This document shows, one piece after another, positions 28,160-39,031 of a DNA stretch of 64,000 nt. Each line of letters begins with the position of its first letter. Within the stretch, counting starts at the first letter, position 1. The notes beneath the pieces were generated by a model. The model did not search any database and had not been told where the DNA came from. It saw nothing but the letters and a program-made list of their open reading frames with translations. The position numbers were made by a program, and so were the translations under genes. The stretch is from Terrimicrobiaceae bacterium (GTDB lineage: Bacteria > Verrucomicrobiota > Verrucomicrobiia > Chthoniobacterales > Terrimicrobiaceae), in contig JBGSVZ010000104.1 in assembly GCA_041752695.1 (NCBI GenBank), forward strand, positions 29,456-93,455, written 5' to 3'.

Positions 28160-31100
28160 ATGATTTCCGCTTCCGAAAAAGCCCTTCGCGATTTGCTCGC
28201 CCAACGCATTGTCATCCTCGATGGAGCCATGGGCACCATGGTGCAACGGTACAAACTCGAAGAAGCCGATTATCGCGGGGAACGCTTCGCCGACTGGCCT
28301 TCCGATGTGAAGGGCAACAACGACCTCCTCTGCCTGACCAAGCCGGAGGTCATTCGCGAAATCCACAGCCAGTATATCGAAGCGGGGGCGGATATCATCG
28401 AAACGAACACCTTCAGCGCCACGACCATCGCCATGGCCGACTATGGCATGCAGGCCCTCGTGCCCGATCTCAATCGGGCCGCCGCCAAGGTGGCTCGCGA
28501 GGCCGCCGATGCCTGCCAGGACCGCCGGATTTTTGTCGCTGGAGCCATCGGACCGCTCAACCGCACGCTCACGCTTTCCCGCGATGTCAACGACCCCGGC
28601 GCGCGCGATGTCACGTTCGAGCAGGTGGTCACAGCTTACCGCGAACAGATCGAAAACCTCGTCGAAGGCGGTGTGGATATCCTCCTCGTCGAAACCATTT
28701 TCGACACGCTCAACGCCAAAGCCGCGCTGTACGCCATTGGCGAATATTTTGAAGAAACCGGGAAAAGCCTGCCCGTCATGATCAGCGGCACGATCACCGA
28801 CCTCAGCGGTCGCACGCTCACCGGCCAGACCGTCGAGGCGTTTCTCAATTCCATCTCGCACTTCCCCCTGATTTCCGTCGGCCTCAATTGCGCGCTTGGA
28901 CCCAAGGAAATGCGCCCCTATGTCGAGGAACTTTCGACCAAGGCCCCGTTTTTCGTCAGCACCTACCCGAACGCCGGCCTGCCCGACCCGCTGTCCGCCA
29001 CGGGTTTTCCCGAGACCCCGGAATCTCTCGCCCCACAGCTCCGCGACTGGGCGGACCAGGGTTGGCTCAACATCCTCGGCGGCTGCTGCGGAACCACGCC
29101 GGATCATATCCGCGAAATCGCCAAAGCGGTCCGCTCTTCCAAGCCGCGCGTTATAACCCCGCAAGACCAAACCCTGCGCCTGAGCGGACTCGAACCTTTC
29201 ACCGCCCGTCCCGAAATTCCCTTCATCAACATTGGCGAACGCACCAATGTCACCGGCTCGCCGCGTTTCGCGAAGCTCATCCTCGCCGGGGACTACGACG
29301 CCGCCCTCACCGTCGCCCGCCAGCAGGTCGAAGCGGGCGCGCAGATCATCGACATCAACATGGACGAAGGCATGCTCGACGGGGTGGCCGCCATGCAGAA
29401 ATTCTGCAATCTCATCATGGCCGAGCCCGACATCTCGCGCGTGCCGATCATGGTGGACTCGTCGAAATGGGAGGTCATCGAAGCCGGCCTGCGCTGCATC
29501 CAGGGCAAGTGTGTGGTCAATTCGATTTCGCTCAAAGTCGGCGAAGAGGAGTTCAAAAAACAAGCGACCCTCGTCCGCCGGTACGGGGCCGCTGCCGTCG
29601 TGATGGCCTTTGACGAACAGGGCCAGGCCGACAACTACGAACGCCGCGTCGAGATCTGCGGCCGCGCCTACCGCATCCTCGTCGAGGAAGTCGGCTTTCC
29701 GCCCGAGGACATCATTTTCGACCCGAACGTTCTCACCGTCGCCACCGGCATTGAGGAACACGCCAACTACGCGAAGGATTTCATCGAGGCCACCCGCTGG
29801 ATCAAACAGAACCTGCCTTACGCCCGCGTCAGCGGCGGTATTAGCAATGTCTCGTTTTCCTTTCGCGGCAACAATGCGGTCCGCGAGGCGATGCACTCGT
29901 GTTTTCTCTACCACGCCATTCAGGCCGGTCTCGACATGGGCATCGTCAACGCCGGACAACTCGCCGTTTACGAGGATGTCCCCGCCGATCTGCGCACGCT
30001 CATCGAGGATGTGCTCCTCAATCGCCGCGATGACGCCACCGAGCGCCTGGTCACCTTTGCCGACGAACTGAAAAACAAAGCCAGCGGAACAAAAGCCACC
30101 ACGGCCGATCTCAGCTGGCGCGAGGGTTCCGTCGAGGAACGGCTCAAACACGCCCTCATCAAGGGTATCGTGGATTTTGTCGATACCGACACCGAGGAGG
30201 CTCTGCAAAAATACGGCAAACCACTCCTCGTCATCGAAGGCCCCCTCATGGCGGGCATGAGTGTGGTCGGAGATCTTTTTGGCGCAGGCAAAATGTTCCT
30301 GCCCCAGGTCGTGAAAAGCGCGCGGGTGATGAAAAAATCCGTCGCCTGGCTCACTCCGCTCATGGAGGCCGAACGCGCCAGCAATCCTAATAGCCGAACC
30401 CAGGGCCGCATCCTGATGGCGACGGTCAAGGGCGATGTCCACGACATCGGGAAAAACATCGTCGGTGTTGTGCTCGCTTGTAACAACTACGAGGTGATCG
30501 ACATGGGCGTGATGGTGCCCTGCGAAAAAATTCTCGCCACCGCCAGGGAGAAAAACTGCGACATCATCGGCCTCTCCGGCCTCATCACCCCGTCCCTCGA
30601 CGAAATGATCCACGTCGCCAAGGAAATGACGCGCGAAGGTTTCACCATCCCGCTCATGCTCGGCGGAGCCACCACCAGCAAGGCCCACACGGCCGTGAAA
30701 ATCCAGCAGCACTACCCGCACGGCGTCGTCCACGTCCTCGACGCCTCACGCGCCGTCAATGTCGCCAGCTCGCTCCTCAGCCCGGAACAAAAGCCCGACT
30801 ACCTCGCACAAATTGCGACGGACTACCAAAAGCTCCGCGAAGATCACGCCAGCCGGAGCCAGGAAAAAGCCATGCTGAGTTTCGAGGAAGCCAAAGCCCA
30901 CGCCTTCCGCCTCGACTGGCCCACTGCCGACATCGCCGTGCCGGAAAAATACGGCGTCCAGGTCTTCGACAACTTTCCCCTCGAGGAACTCGTTCCCTAT
31001 TTTGACTGGTCGCCGTTCTTCCACGCCTGGGAACTGCGCGGTCGTTTCCCGGCCATCTTCGAGGACGAGTTTGTCGGCACCGAAGCCAAAACCCTCTACG

Positions 31101-31864
31101 ACGACGCCCGTCGGCTCCTCGACAAAATCGTCGGCGAAAAACTCTTCCGCGCCCGCGGCGTCCTCGGCTGCTGGCCCGCCAACTCCACCGGCGAAGACAT
31201 CGAAATCTACGACCCGTCTTCGATCTCCGATCTCCCATCTCCGACACCCCTCGGCCGATTCCATTGTCTGCGCCAGCAGATGAAAAAACCCGCCGGACAA
31301 CCCAACTGGTCCCTTGCCGACTTCGTTGCGCCCAAATCCAGCGGCCGCCTCGACAGCGTCGGAGGCTTTGCCGTCACCGCCGGCCCGGAGGTGCATGAGC
31401 TTAGTGAGAAATACAAAGCCGAGCTCGACGATTACAACAGCCTGATGGTGAGCGCGCTCGGCGACCGTTTTGCCGAGGCCTTTGCCGAGTGCCTACACAA
31501 AAAAGCCCGCGACCTCTGGGGCTTTGGCAAAGAGGAAAACCTGAGCAAGGAAGAACTGATTAAAGAACACTACCGCGGCATCCGTCCGGCCCCGGGGTAT
31601 CCATCCCAGCCCGACCACACGGAAAAGCCCGAGCTCTTCCGCCTCCTCGATGCCACCGCAAACACCGGCATCACCCTCACCGAAAGCATGGCCATGCACC
31701 CCGGGAGCAGCGTGAGCGGACTCTATTTCGCCAGCCCGGAAGCCAAATATTTCGGCGTCGGCAAAATCAACCGCGACCAGGTCGAGGACTATGCGACCCG
31801 CAAGGGAATGAAACTTGCTGCCGCGGAAAAGTGGCTTCAGCCGATTTTGAATTATGAGACTTGA
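28160..31864 (+). CDS. metH: Cobalamin-dependent methionine synthase
   Basis: [51 protein letters not shown]; start at ATG 28160. Confidence 0.98.
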   Translation: MISASEKALRDLLAQRIVILDGAMGTMVQRYKLEEADYRGERFADWPSDVKGNNDLLCLTKPEVIREIHSQYIEAGADIIETNTFSATTIAMADYGMQALVPDLNRAAAKVAREAADACQDRRIFVAGAIGPLNRTLTLSRDVNDPGARDVTFEQVVTAYREQIENLVEGGVDILLVETIFDTLNAKAALYAIGEYFEETGKSLPVMISGTITDLSGRTLTGQTVEAFLNSISHFPLISVGLNCALGPKEMRPYVEELSTKAPFFVSTYPNAGLPDPLSATGFPETPESLAPQLRDWADQGWLNILGGCCGTTPDHIREIAKAVRSSKPRVITPQDQTLRLSGLEPFTARPEIPFINIGERTNVTGSPRFAKLILAGDYDAALTVARQQVEAGAQIIDINMDEGMLDGVAAMQKFCNLIMAEPDISRVPIMVDSSKWEVIEAGLRCIQGKCVVNSISLKVGEEEFKKQATLVRRYGAAAVVMAFDEQGQADNYERRVEICGRAYRILVEEVGFPPEDIIFDPNVLTVATGIEEHANYAKDFIEATRWIKQNLPYARVSGGISNVSFSFRGNNAVREAMHSCFLYHAIQAGLDMGIVNAGQLAVYEDVPADLRTLIEDVLLNRRDDATERLVTFADELKNKASGTKATTADLSWREGSVEERLKHALIKGIVDFVDTDTEEALQKYGKPLLVIEGPLMAGMSVVGDLFGAGKMFLPQVVKSARVMKKSVAWLTPLMEAERASNPNSRTQGRILMATVKGDVHDIGKNIVGVVLACNNYEVIDMGVMVPCEKILATAREKNCDIIGLSGLITPSLDEMIHVAKEMTREGFTIPLMLGGATTSKAHTAVKIQQHYPHGVVHVLDASRAVNVASSLLSPEQKPDYLAQIATDYQKLREDHASRSQEKAMLSFEEAKAHAFRLDWPTADIAVPEKYGVQVFDNFPLEELVPYFDWSPFFHAWELRGRFPAIFEDEFVGTEAKTLYDDARRLLDKIVGEKLFRARGVLGCWPANSTGEDIEIYDPSSISDLPSPTPLGRFHCLRQQMKKPAGQPNWSLADFVAPKSSGRLDSVGGFAVTAGPEVHELSEKYKAELDDYNSLMVSALGDRFAEAFAECLHKKARDLWGFGKEENLSKEELIKEHYRGIRPAPGYPSQPDHTEKPELFRLLDATANTGITLTESMAMHPGSSVSGLYFASPEAKYFGVGKINRDQVEDYATRKGMKLAAAEKWLQPILNYET
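31214..31248 (+). repeat. In-frame heptamer array inside metH
   Basis: CCGTCTT CGATCTC CGATCTC CCATCTC CGACACC ([11 protein letters not shown]); CCATCTC is the reverse complement of the ispG unit GAGATGG. Confidence 0.75.
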
Positions 31865-31869
31865 GCGTT

Positions 31870-31900
31870 GGGAAGCGCACGCATCCTGCGTCCGCTCCCC
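31870..31900. repeat. REP-like hairpin downstream of metH
   Basis: AGCG-C-ACGCA-TCC-TGCGT-C-CGCT; TCC loop; no U-tract. Confidence 0.45.
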
Positions 31901-31949
31901 GATGACCCAATCACCGCCTATCGAGAAAAACTAACCCATATTCCCAAAA

Positions 31950-32111
31950 CCTGACGCTGCATGGAATCCCGTGAAAATCGGGAGCAGTCGCGCTGCTGTA
32001 ACTGGACACAACGTTCCTTATGCCAATCTCCGTTCGCGGAGGTGAAGGCGGGACGAAGGCCCCTTCCGAAAACCGGAACCCATCCAGGAGCCAGAATACT
32101 TCATCGTCAGG
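31950..32111 (+). ncRNA. Cobalamin riboswitch
   Basis: GGAATCCCGTGAAAATCGGGAGCAGTCGCGCTGCTGTAA core, GCCA...GGTGAAGGC, B12-box-like AGCCAGAATACT, closing helix CCTGACG/CGTCAGG. Confidence 0.88.
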
Positions 32112-32248
32112 CACTCATTCGTCCCGGCCCTCCCCACGGCGGCCGGAACGCCAAACCTTCTTCGCAGAAGCCAAAGAAGAATGAGGATCGCATGGATTTG
32201 TCCGCACCCGGACAAGGCCTCCGGTCCTTTGACCCGAGACCCATATCC

Positions 32249-32878
32249 ATGAAAAAACTGTTCCTGTTCCTGCTGGCCATCACCGGCTTTTCCCTCACCC
32301 CTGCCTTCGCGCAGGTTCTTGTCGGGAGCGGCACCACGTCCTCCTATCTTGTCATTGAATCCGCCGACTTCGGCACCCCGCTGGTTTACGAGTTCCGCTA
32401 CAATTACGACCCGTTGAGTCCGCTGACGACATCGGACATGCTAATTGCCGTCGATTTCGCCGCCGCCGATCTTTCATTTGAACTGCTCTATGGCGGGGCA
32501 TTCCTAAACAGCGTGACGTATCTCTCCCTGACTCTCACGAATAGCGTGGTCGAACCTTATAGTCCGTTCTGGGCGCAATGGGTGAGCAGCGGCGAATCCG
32601 GCGTGCCGCTTGCCCCCATGCCGGACAATGTCTGGAGCGAGGGATTTGGGCCGATGAACCGCACGCTCGAACCCGGTTCCTGGGACGGGTTTATCTTTAA
32701 CGGCGAATATGGTCCGCCGCCCAACTACGCCGTCATCTCTGCTCCGCCCAGCGTGGCTCCCATTCCCGAGCCAAGCACGGTTGTGCTGCTAGGATTGTCC
32801 ACGGCAGGAATTTTTCTTTGGCGGAGACGACAGGATGTTGAAGTCGAGCCTTTAGGCTGCCTCGAAGGCGCACGCTAA
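32249..32878 (+). CDS. PEP-CTERM surface protein, possible transcobalamin-like (DUF4430-type) domain
   Basis: Signal peptide; IPEPSTVVLLGLSTAGIFLWRRR sorting signal; directly under the B12 riboswitch. Confidence 0.85.
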   Translation: MKKLFLFLLAITGFSLTPAFAQVLVGSGTTSSYLVIESADFGTPLVYEFRYNYDPLSPLTTSDMLIAVDFAAADLSFELLYGGAFLNSVTYLSLTLTNSVVEPYSPFWAQWVSSGESGVPLAPMPDNVWSEGFGPMNRTLEPGSWDGFIFNGEYGPPPNYAVISAPPSVAPIPEPSTVVLLGLSTAGIFLWRRRQDVEVEPLGCLEGAR

Positions 32879-32881
32879 AGC

Positions 32882-33652
32882 GTGAACTCCAACGGATCCA
32901 TCTTGCGCCGAAGGGCCTTCAGCCTGATCGAGCTCCTCGTTGCGGCGGGCATCACGTCCGTCCTGGCCGCGTTGCTCGCCGGCACGGGGTGGAGCGTTTA
33001 CAAAAATTCTTCGCTAGCCGTTTCGGCCAACAATATCCGCCAGCTCACGGCGGGGGGCGCGGCGTATCTGGCGGACAATCACTACGTTTTTTGGAAATTT
33101 CGCGAGGATCGCAGCACCAATGGATCGGTCTGGTGGTTTGGCTATGAAACGACCAAAAGCCGGTTCCACACTCCCGAAGGCCAGAGAACCTTCGATCCTG
33201 ATGACGGCCCCCTGGCCGGCTACATCCCGGCGGCGGTGCGGCCCGATCCCAGCTTTTCCCTCACTGGAAAAGCCTTCAAACCCAAATACAAAAACGGCTA
33301 CATCGGCGTGGGTTACAACATGCTTCTTTCCGGCACGAATGCGTCGTATTGGAGGCTGCCCGAGCCTGGCAAAATCGTCGTCTTCGCCACGTCCGCCCAG
33401 GTGAACTCCTTTCAACCGCCCGCATCGGCCAAAAATCCGATGATCGAAGAGTTTTACGGGCTCAATGGCAGCGACGTGACGGTCCATTTTCGTCACGGGA
33501 ATTCCGCGATGGTCGGCTTCGCGGATGGTTCCGCCGGATTTCTTCCGATGGACGCCTCGACGAAGGATCCCACCGCGCCCAAAGCCAACATCGGCCGGTT
33601 CGCGCCGAAGGGAAGCACCCTTTACCTTCTCCCCCCGGCTACAACCCCGTAA
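32882..33652 (+). CDS. Prepilin-type N-methylation domain protein with H-X9-DG C-terminal motif
   Basis: RRAFSLIELLV cleavage motif; HFRH-GNSAMVGFA-DG. Confidence 0.88.
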   Translation: MNSNGSILRRRAFSLIELLVAAGITSVLAALLAGTGWSVYKNSSLAVSANNIRQLTAGGAAYLADNHYVFWKFREDRSTNGSVWWFGYETTKSRFHTPEGQRTFDPDDGPLAGYIPAAVRPDPSFSLTGKAFKPKYKNGYIGVGYNMLLSGTNASYWRLPEPGKIVVFATSAQVNSFQPPASAKNPMIEEFYGLNGSDVTVHFRHGNSAMVGFADGSAGFLPMDASTKDPTAPKANIGRFAPKGSTLYLLPPATTP

Positions 33653-34565
33653 CCCACAGCGCCGCCGCCAGGCTAAGCGCCGAGAGGATCGTGCTGAGGG
33701 CGATCGACCCCGAGGCCAGCGCTTCGTCGCCGCCCATTTGTTTGACCATGACAAAGGACGCCGCCGCGGTCGGGCACGCCGAAAGGACGAGCGCGATGCG
33801 CAGTTCGTGGGGCGCCAGTCCGCAAACACGGCCGAGTCCATAGATCAACGACGGCAAGAGGACGACTTTCAATAACGCCGCCACGACAATCCACGACATC
33901 CGGCCTCGAAGTGGCGTGGTGGCCAGGGAACCGCCGATACAAAGTAACGCAATGGGCACTGCCGCCGCACCGAGGGAAGTCAAAGCGCGATCGACAAATG
34001 TGGGCAAGACCAGCCCGGTAAACGGCAGGGCCAGCCCGAGCAGACCCGCCAGCATCAGAGGGTTGGTGGCGATGCCTTTGCCCACGCGGGTCCAGTCGGC
34101 TCCGCCCGTGTGGTGGTTGGGCTGTTGGAGCACAACCACCGCAAGGATATTGTAGAGCGACATGAGCAGCACCATGACAATGACGGCCGTCGCCATCGCT
34201 TTGGCATCCCCGCCCAGACTATAAGCCAGCACAGGAATCCCGATATACGCAAGATTGCCCCGGAAGGCCGACTGCATCAGCGTGCCGCGGGCGTGGGCAG
34301 GCATGCGCAGAAGAAAACTGACTCCCCAGGCCACCACGGTGATGAGAAAGGTTCCCGCAATCAGCACCCCGAAGAGCAGCCAGGTCTGAGCCCCCGGCTC
34401 GGCGGCGTGATTGGCGGAGGTAAATAGCAAAGCCGGCAGGGCGATCCAGAATGCCAGTTTGTTCAGATCTGCCATGAACTCCCGGCCGAGAAACTTGATA
34501 TGCGCCAGACCCGCGCCAAGAATAATCAGCAGAATCAGCGGGGCGAGGGTTTCGACGATGGTCAT
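33639..34565 (-). CDS. AEC (auxin efflux carrier/malate permease) family transporter
   Basis: IALPALLF, FRGNLAYIGIP, NPL, PIALLCIG, PTAAAS. Confidence 0.9.
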   Translation of the reverse strand: MTIVETLAPLILLIILGAGLAHIKFLGREFMADLNKLAFWIALPALLFTSANHAAEPGAQTWLLFGVLIAGTFLITVVAWGVSFLLRMPAHARGTLMQSAFRGNLAYIGIPVLAYSLGGDAKAMATAVIVMVLLMSLYNILAVVVLQQPNHHTGGADWTRVGKGIATNPLMLAGLLGLALPFTGLVLPTFVDRALTSLGAAAVPIALLCIGGSLATTPLRGRMSWIVVAALLKVVLLPSLIYGLGRVCGLAPHELRIALVLSACPTAAASFVMVKQMGGDEALASGSIALSTILSALSLAAALWVTGL

Positions 34566-37030
34566 TCGTCAGAACCCCTAAGTCCCTTGTCCGCCAGCGT
34601 CCCCCGCGTCACGCCGAGCTGGGACTGCGCCTTGAGGTCACGCCAGAGGCCTTCTCCTGTGGAATGCCCCGCCAGGAGTCTCTGGTAGGCTCGGAGGACT
34701 TTCTCCGTCTCGGCGGCGGATTCCTCAAGCAGCTCGATGCGGAGATGGCGGAGTCCGGCCGCGCGCAGCTCGTTGAAATGGGCGGCCCCGGTTTGGGCGG
34801 CGGCGTTGAAAAGGGTGTTGCGGCAGCCCACGTCGGCGCGAAGGGGATGTTCGATGCCCACCCTGTCGCGGAGATGGACACGATGTTTTTCGCACGGACG
34901 GCCGCAGTCCAAAAAAGTGGAACCTTCGGAAAGGAAGGCGGCAAAAACGCAATGCTCCATGTGAAACATCGGCATGTGCTGATGCAGGGTGAGCTCAAAC
35001 CATGCAGGCGGGGCCGCGTTCAGCAGGGCAAGGACCTGCGTGATGTTGAGATCGTAGGAAATGGTGACCCGCTCGATGCCTCGGGCGAGGAAGACGGCAG
35101 CGGCGGCGGGATTGGCCACGTTGAGGGAAAAATCCCCGATCCGGCGCAACGGAGAGTTTTGGAAATACGAAATGGCCCCGACGTTGCGAATGAGGACGCC
35201 ATCGGGTTCGGCCGCTTCGATCAGTTTGAAGAACCCCTGTTCGCCCGCTTTCTGGATGCGCGGGGTGGCGAGAAAAATTTCGGCCTTTCCCCGCGTGAGG
35301 GCGACAGCGTCCTTGTACCGCCGGATGTCTTCGAAGTCGGCGTAAAGGGTGGTGATGCCGCAGGCCAGCGCGGCTTCGATCTGGTCGGTGGTGCGGCAGA
35401 GGACGGGTAGGGAGGGTTGTCCACAACCCTCCGTCGACGGATGTGTGGGGACACACATCCCTACCATTTCGCCAAGCGCTTCGCTAAGAGTCACGCCGGA
35501 GGGTCTGCGGCACTTGGCAAAATGTTCGTCGAGGAGGCGTACCATCTCGTGTTTGAGCGGGTTGATGGCGCTGCGGGGGAGGAAAACCTCGCCGTCGAAC
35601 TCTGCCGTGAGACTCGCCAGCCGGTATGGCGTGTCGTTCAGTCGCGAGAAAACCTCCGTCAGCGCCTCCTCGGAAAGACCAAATTTTTTGGCGGGCTCCA
35701 ACGGGGACGGACTGAAGAAGGTCAGGCCTTCGACACGAATCCTAAGCGGCTGTCCTTGGCCGCCGGAGATCACAACGTCGAGCGGATATTTTCTTTCGTC
35801 CCCGGCTTCGATGCGGGCCTGCCAGGCTTTCTTGAGTTGCCGCTCTAAAACAGGGTCGCTGGTTTTCCAGACCCGGGTGCCGCGCGATATTTTGGCGAGG
35901 TCGAGGCGGTCGTGTTCGAAAAACAGTTTTTTTCCGCGCACTTCGTAGATGCGGCCGCCCTGTTCGGCGTTGGTGTTCGCGGCGTTCTCGAATACGACCC
36001 CTTCGCCGGCTTTCAGTGCGGACGTACTTTCCACCTCCACCCAGTCGGGTCCGGTGGCGGCGACCGTGCCCGCCAGAACCCCGCGCTTTTTTCCGTAGGT
36101 CGCGTTGACGAGGCGTTGATGATCGACACCGTGCATCCAGCCACTGAAGAGGCCGCGCGAAAATGTCATCTCCAGCTTGTAGAAGTCGGAGGGCGGAAGT
36201 TGGAAGTCGGACGTGTTCGCCAGGGCGGCGTCAATGGCTTTGCGGTAAACGGCGGTGACGGCGGTCACGTATTCGGGCGTTTTGAGACGGCCTTCGATTT
36301 TGAAACTTTTTACTCCAAGGCGGATGAGTTCCGGAATTTCCCGCACGGCGGCCAGATCTTGGGGCGAGAGCAAATACCGCTTGTCCCCGAGGTCGCGTTT
36401 CTGGCCATCGACGATGATCTCGTACGGCATGCGGCAGGCCTGGGCGCATTCGCCGCGGTTCGCGCTGCGCTGACCAAGCGACTCGCTGGTCAGGCACTGG
36501 CCGGAATAGGCCACGCAGAGCGCCCCATGCACAAAAACTTCCAGCGGGACCGAAGGTTCGAATTTCGCCAGTTCCCGCAGCGACAGTTCGCGCGAGAGCA
36601 CGACCTGCTTCGCACCCAGTTCCTCGGCAAACCGGACGCCCTCCGGCGAAGTCACGGTCATCTGTGTCGAGGCATGGACCCGCAGGGCGGGAAAGAGGCG
36701 ACGCGAAAGTTCCGCCAGCCCGACATCCTGAATGATGACGGCGTCCACCCCGGTATCGTTGAGGAGGCGGAGTTCGGCGACAGCTTCCTCCAGTTCGTCC
36801 GTAAAAATCAGAACGTTGAGCGCGACGTAAGCCTTCACCCCGTGGCTGTGGGTGAAGGCGACGATCTTTGGCAGATCCTCTTCCGAAAAATTCTCCGCGC
36901 GCATGCGGGCGTTAAACCGGGGCATGCCGAAATACACAGCATCCGCCCCCGAGGCGACCGCCGCGCGCAAGCAGTCCCAATCGCCCGCGGGCGAAAGGAG
37001 TTCGGGCTTATGGCAGGGCGAATCCGTCAC
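34562..37030 (-). CDS. Peptidase U32-family protein with DUF3656 (RlhA-like RNA hydroxylase)
   Basis: PELLSPAG, GADAVYFG, HASTQ, HGALCVAYSGQC, NRGECAQACR, SFKIEGRLK; second degenerate U32 domain. Confidence 0.88.
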   Translation of the reverse strand: MTDSPCHKPELLSPAGDWDCLRAAVASGADAVYFGMPRFNARMRAENFSEEDLPKIVAFTHSHGVKAYVALNVLIFTDELEEAVAELRLLNDTGVDAVIIQDVGLAELSRRLFPALRVHASTQMTVTSPEGVRFAEELGAKQVVLSRELSLRELAKFEPSVPLEVFVHGALCVAYSGQCLTSESLGQRSANRGECAQACRMPYEIIVDGQKRDLGDKRYLLSPQDLAAVREIPELIRLGVKSFKIEGRLKTPEYVTAVTAVYRKAIDAALANTSDFQLPPSDFYKLEMTFSRGLFSGWMHGVDHQRLVNATYGKKRGVLAGTVAATGPDWVEVESTSALKAGEGVVFENAANTNAEQGGRIYEVRGKKLFFEHDRLDLAKISRGTRVWKTSDPVLERQLKKAWQARIEAGDERKYPLDVVISGGQGQPLRIRVEGLTFFSPSPLEPAKKFGLSEEALTEVFSRLNDTPYRLASLTAEFDGEVFLPRSAINPLKHEMVRLLDEHFAKCRRPSGVTLSEALGEMVGMCVPTHPSTEGCGQPSLPVLCRTTDQIEAALACGITTLYADFEDIRRYKDAVALTRGKAEIFLATPRIQKAGEQGFFKLIEAAEPDGVLIRNVGAISYFQNSPLRRIGDFSLNVANPAAAAVFLARGIERVTISYDLNITQVLALLNAAPPAWFELTLHQHMPMFHMEHCVFAAFLSEGSTFLDCGRPCEKHRVHLRDRVGIEHPLRADVGCRNTLFNAAAQTGAAHFNELRAAGLRHLRIELLEESAAETEKVLRAYQRLLAGHSTGEGLWRDLKAQSQLGVTRGTLADKGLRGSDE
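35406..35465. repeat. REP doublet (REPIN-like, GTAG family), in-frame within the U32 gene
   Basis: GGTAG-GGAGGGTTG-TCCA-CAACCCTCC-GTCGAC-GGATGTGTG-GGGA-CACACATCC-CTACC; 60 bp. Confidence 0.88.
36182..36209 (+). repeat. In-frame heptamer array inside the U32 gene
   Basis: GAAGTCG GAGGGCG GAAGTTG GAAGTCG (protein SDFQLPPSDF). Confidence 0.75.
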
Positions 37031-37120
37031 CCGATCATCCTAATTCAGGACAAAACCGGACGCCAGCGTGGCGAAGGGGGATTTTCGTGTGCCCTCCGAT
37101 GCCGGCACCTTCGATTGTCC

Positions 37121-39031
37121 TTATTTCGACCGGCTCAACCGCGAGAGCTCCAGCGTGTATTCGAGCAGGGTACCGAGGCAAAACTCCAGGGCGACCTCGC
37201 CGGTCTTGAGTTCGATCTCCGGCGTCTCGGGCGCTTCATACGGGGAACTGAGCCCGGTGAATTGTTTGATTTCGCCGGCCCGAGCTTTTTTATAAAGACC
37301 ACGCGGGTCGCGGGCTTCGCAGACCTCGAAGGAAGCGTTAACAAAAACCTCCGCAAATTGCACCCCGTCACGGTGGCAGATTTCGCGAACGCGTTTGCGG
37401 TCGGCGCGAAAGGGCGAGATGAGCGAGCAGAGAACGACCAGGCCAGCTTCGGCCATGAGTTTGGCGGCTTCCCCGGCGCGGCGGATGTTTTCCGAACGGT
37501 CGTCGTCGGAAAAACCCAGGTTAGAACACAGACCATGACGGAGATTGTCTCCATCAAGAATGAAGGTGGTGATCCCCTTGCGATGGAGGTGTTGTTCGAG
37601 GCCGGTGGCAAGAGTGGATTTGCCCGATCCGGAAAGACCCGTAAACCAGAGCACGGCACCGCGGTGACCAAAATGCTCCGCGCGTTCCTCACCCGTGATC
37701 GGGCTGTCCGTCCAGGTGAGATTGTCACTGGTGATGACGGGGTCGTCGGCAAGATATTCCGCCTCGCGCACGATGCCGCCGCCCCCGATGCGTTTGCCGG
37801 TGACAATGACAAATCTCCCGGTTTCGCTGATGCGGTCATGGCGGTCGAACGCGACCGGACGACGGGCGCGGATGCGGACTTCGGCCACTTCATTTTTATG
37901 CACCGCCGTGGGCGAACCCGGCATAGGCTCCAACGTGGAGGAGTCGAGCACGCGTGTGATCTCGACCAACTTCGCCTCGACGCTCTGGGCGCCCAGCTTC
38001 AGGGTGAAAGGCACGTTGAGCGGCAGAGACTCATTTTGCAGCCAGAACAGGCTGGCGTAAATTTCCCGGCCCTCCGCGGGACCTTCCTTGAGGTGACCGC
38101 CAATCTGTCCGCGCTCGACAAAAATTTGCTCCTCGAGGGTGATCGCCACGGATTCGCCAACCGACGCCTCGGTGGGCGGCGTGGCCGCGTTCCATTCCTC
38201 GATGGATTTGATGCGACTCTTTTTGCCATCGGGCCAGAACATGATCTCCTCGCCCACCTTGAGGCGACCGGCTTCGATGCGACCGGCGAGGATGCGGCGC
38301 TCGTCGAAACGGTAAATGTCCTGGATGAGAAACCGCAGCGGCAGCCCCTCGGGCGGGGCGGAGATTTGAAATTGTTCCAGCGCCTCCAGAATGGCGGGAC
38401 CTGTGTTCCAGGCAATCTCCGGGCTGGCCTTGGTGATGTTCAGCCCAAGTTTGGCCGAGATGGGAACAAAATGCTGGGGAACGATGTCGAGCTTCCCGAG
38501 GAACTCCGTGTAGGCCTCGCGCACCTTGTGGAAAACCTCCTCGCTGAAATTCACGAGGTCCATCTTGTTCACCGCGACCACGATCTGCCGGATGCCCAGC
38601 AACGAGAGCAGATAGGCGTGACGTTTGGATTGTTCCTGGATGCCCTCGTTAGCGTCGATGAGCAGGATGGCGGCATCGGCGGAAGCCGCGCCGGTGACCA
38701 TATTTTTCAGAAACTCCTTATGGCCGGGTGCATCGATGATGACGTATTCGCGCTTGTCCGTACGGAAGGGCAACTGCGTCGTGTCGATGGTGATATTCTG
38801 CGCCTGCTCCTCCAACAGGGCATCAAGCAGGAAGGCAAATTCAAACTCCATGCCCTCCGCCTCGCTGGCCTGGCGGATCTGCTCCACCTTGCCTTCGGGC
38901 AGCGAATTGGTGTCGTGAAAAAGCCGCCCGATCAGAGTGGACTTGCCGTGATCCACATGGCCGACGATGACGATGCGAAGCTTTTCGGAAGTCGGAGGCA
39001 GGAGGTCGGAAGTGGGAAGTGGAGCAGTCAC
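37121..39031 (-). CDS. cysNC: Bifunctional sulfate adenylyltransferase subunit 1 / APS kinase
   Basis: [19 protein letters not shown]-terminal [29 protein letters not shown]. Confidence 0.96.
   Translation of the reverse strand: MTAPLPTSDLLPPTSEKLRIVIVGHVDHGKSTLIGRLFHDTNSLPEGKVEQIRQASEAEGMEFEFAFLLDALLEEQAQNITIDTTQLPFRTDKREYVIIDAPGHKEFLKNMVTGAASADAAILLIDANEGIQEQSKRHAYLLSLLGIRQIVVAVNKMDLVNFSEEVFHKVREAYTEFLGKLDIVPQHFVPISAKLGLNITKASPEIAWNTGPAILEALEQFQISAPPEGLPLRFLIQDIYRFDERRILAGRIEAGRLKVGEEIMFWPDGKKSRIKSIEEWNAATPPTEASVGESVAITLEEQIFVERGQIGGHLKEGPAEGREIYASLFWLQNESLPLNVPFTLKLGAQSVEAKLVEITRVLDSSTLEPMPGSPTAVHKNEVAEVRIRARRPVAFDRHDRISETGRFVIVTGKRIGGGGIVREAEYLADDPVITSDNLTWTDSPITGEERAEHFGHRGAVLWFTGLSGSGKSTLATGLEQHLHRKGITTFILDGDNLRHGLCSNLGFSDDDRSENIRRAGEAAKLMAEAGLVVLCSLISPFRADRKRVREICHRDGVQFAEVFVNASFEVCEARDPRGLYKKARAGEIKQFTGLSSPYEAPETPEIELKTGEVALEFCLGTLLEYTLELSRLSRSK
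38988..39022 (+). repeat. Heptamer array A (5 units GARGNNG) at the cysNC 5' end
   Basis: GAAGTCG GAGGCAG GAGGTCG GAAGTGG GAAGTGG. Confidence 0.88.

Noticed and set aside
27473..30733. Long antisense ORFs (1086 aa here; also 35912-39097, 18243-20150, 43957-45810)
   Set aside because: They are shadows of well-supported genes on the opposite strand in GC-rich DNA, with no recognisable motifs.
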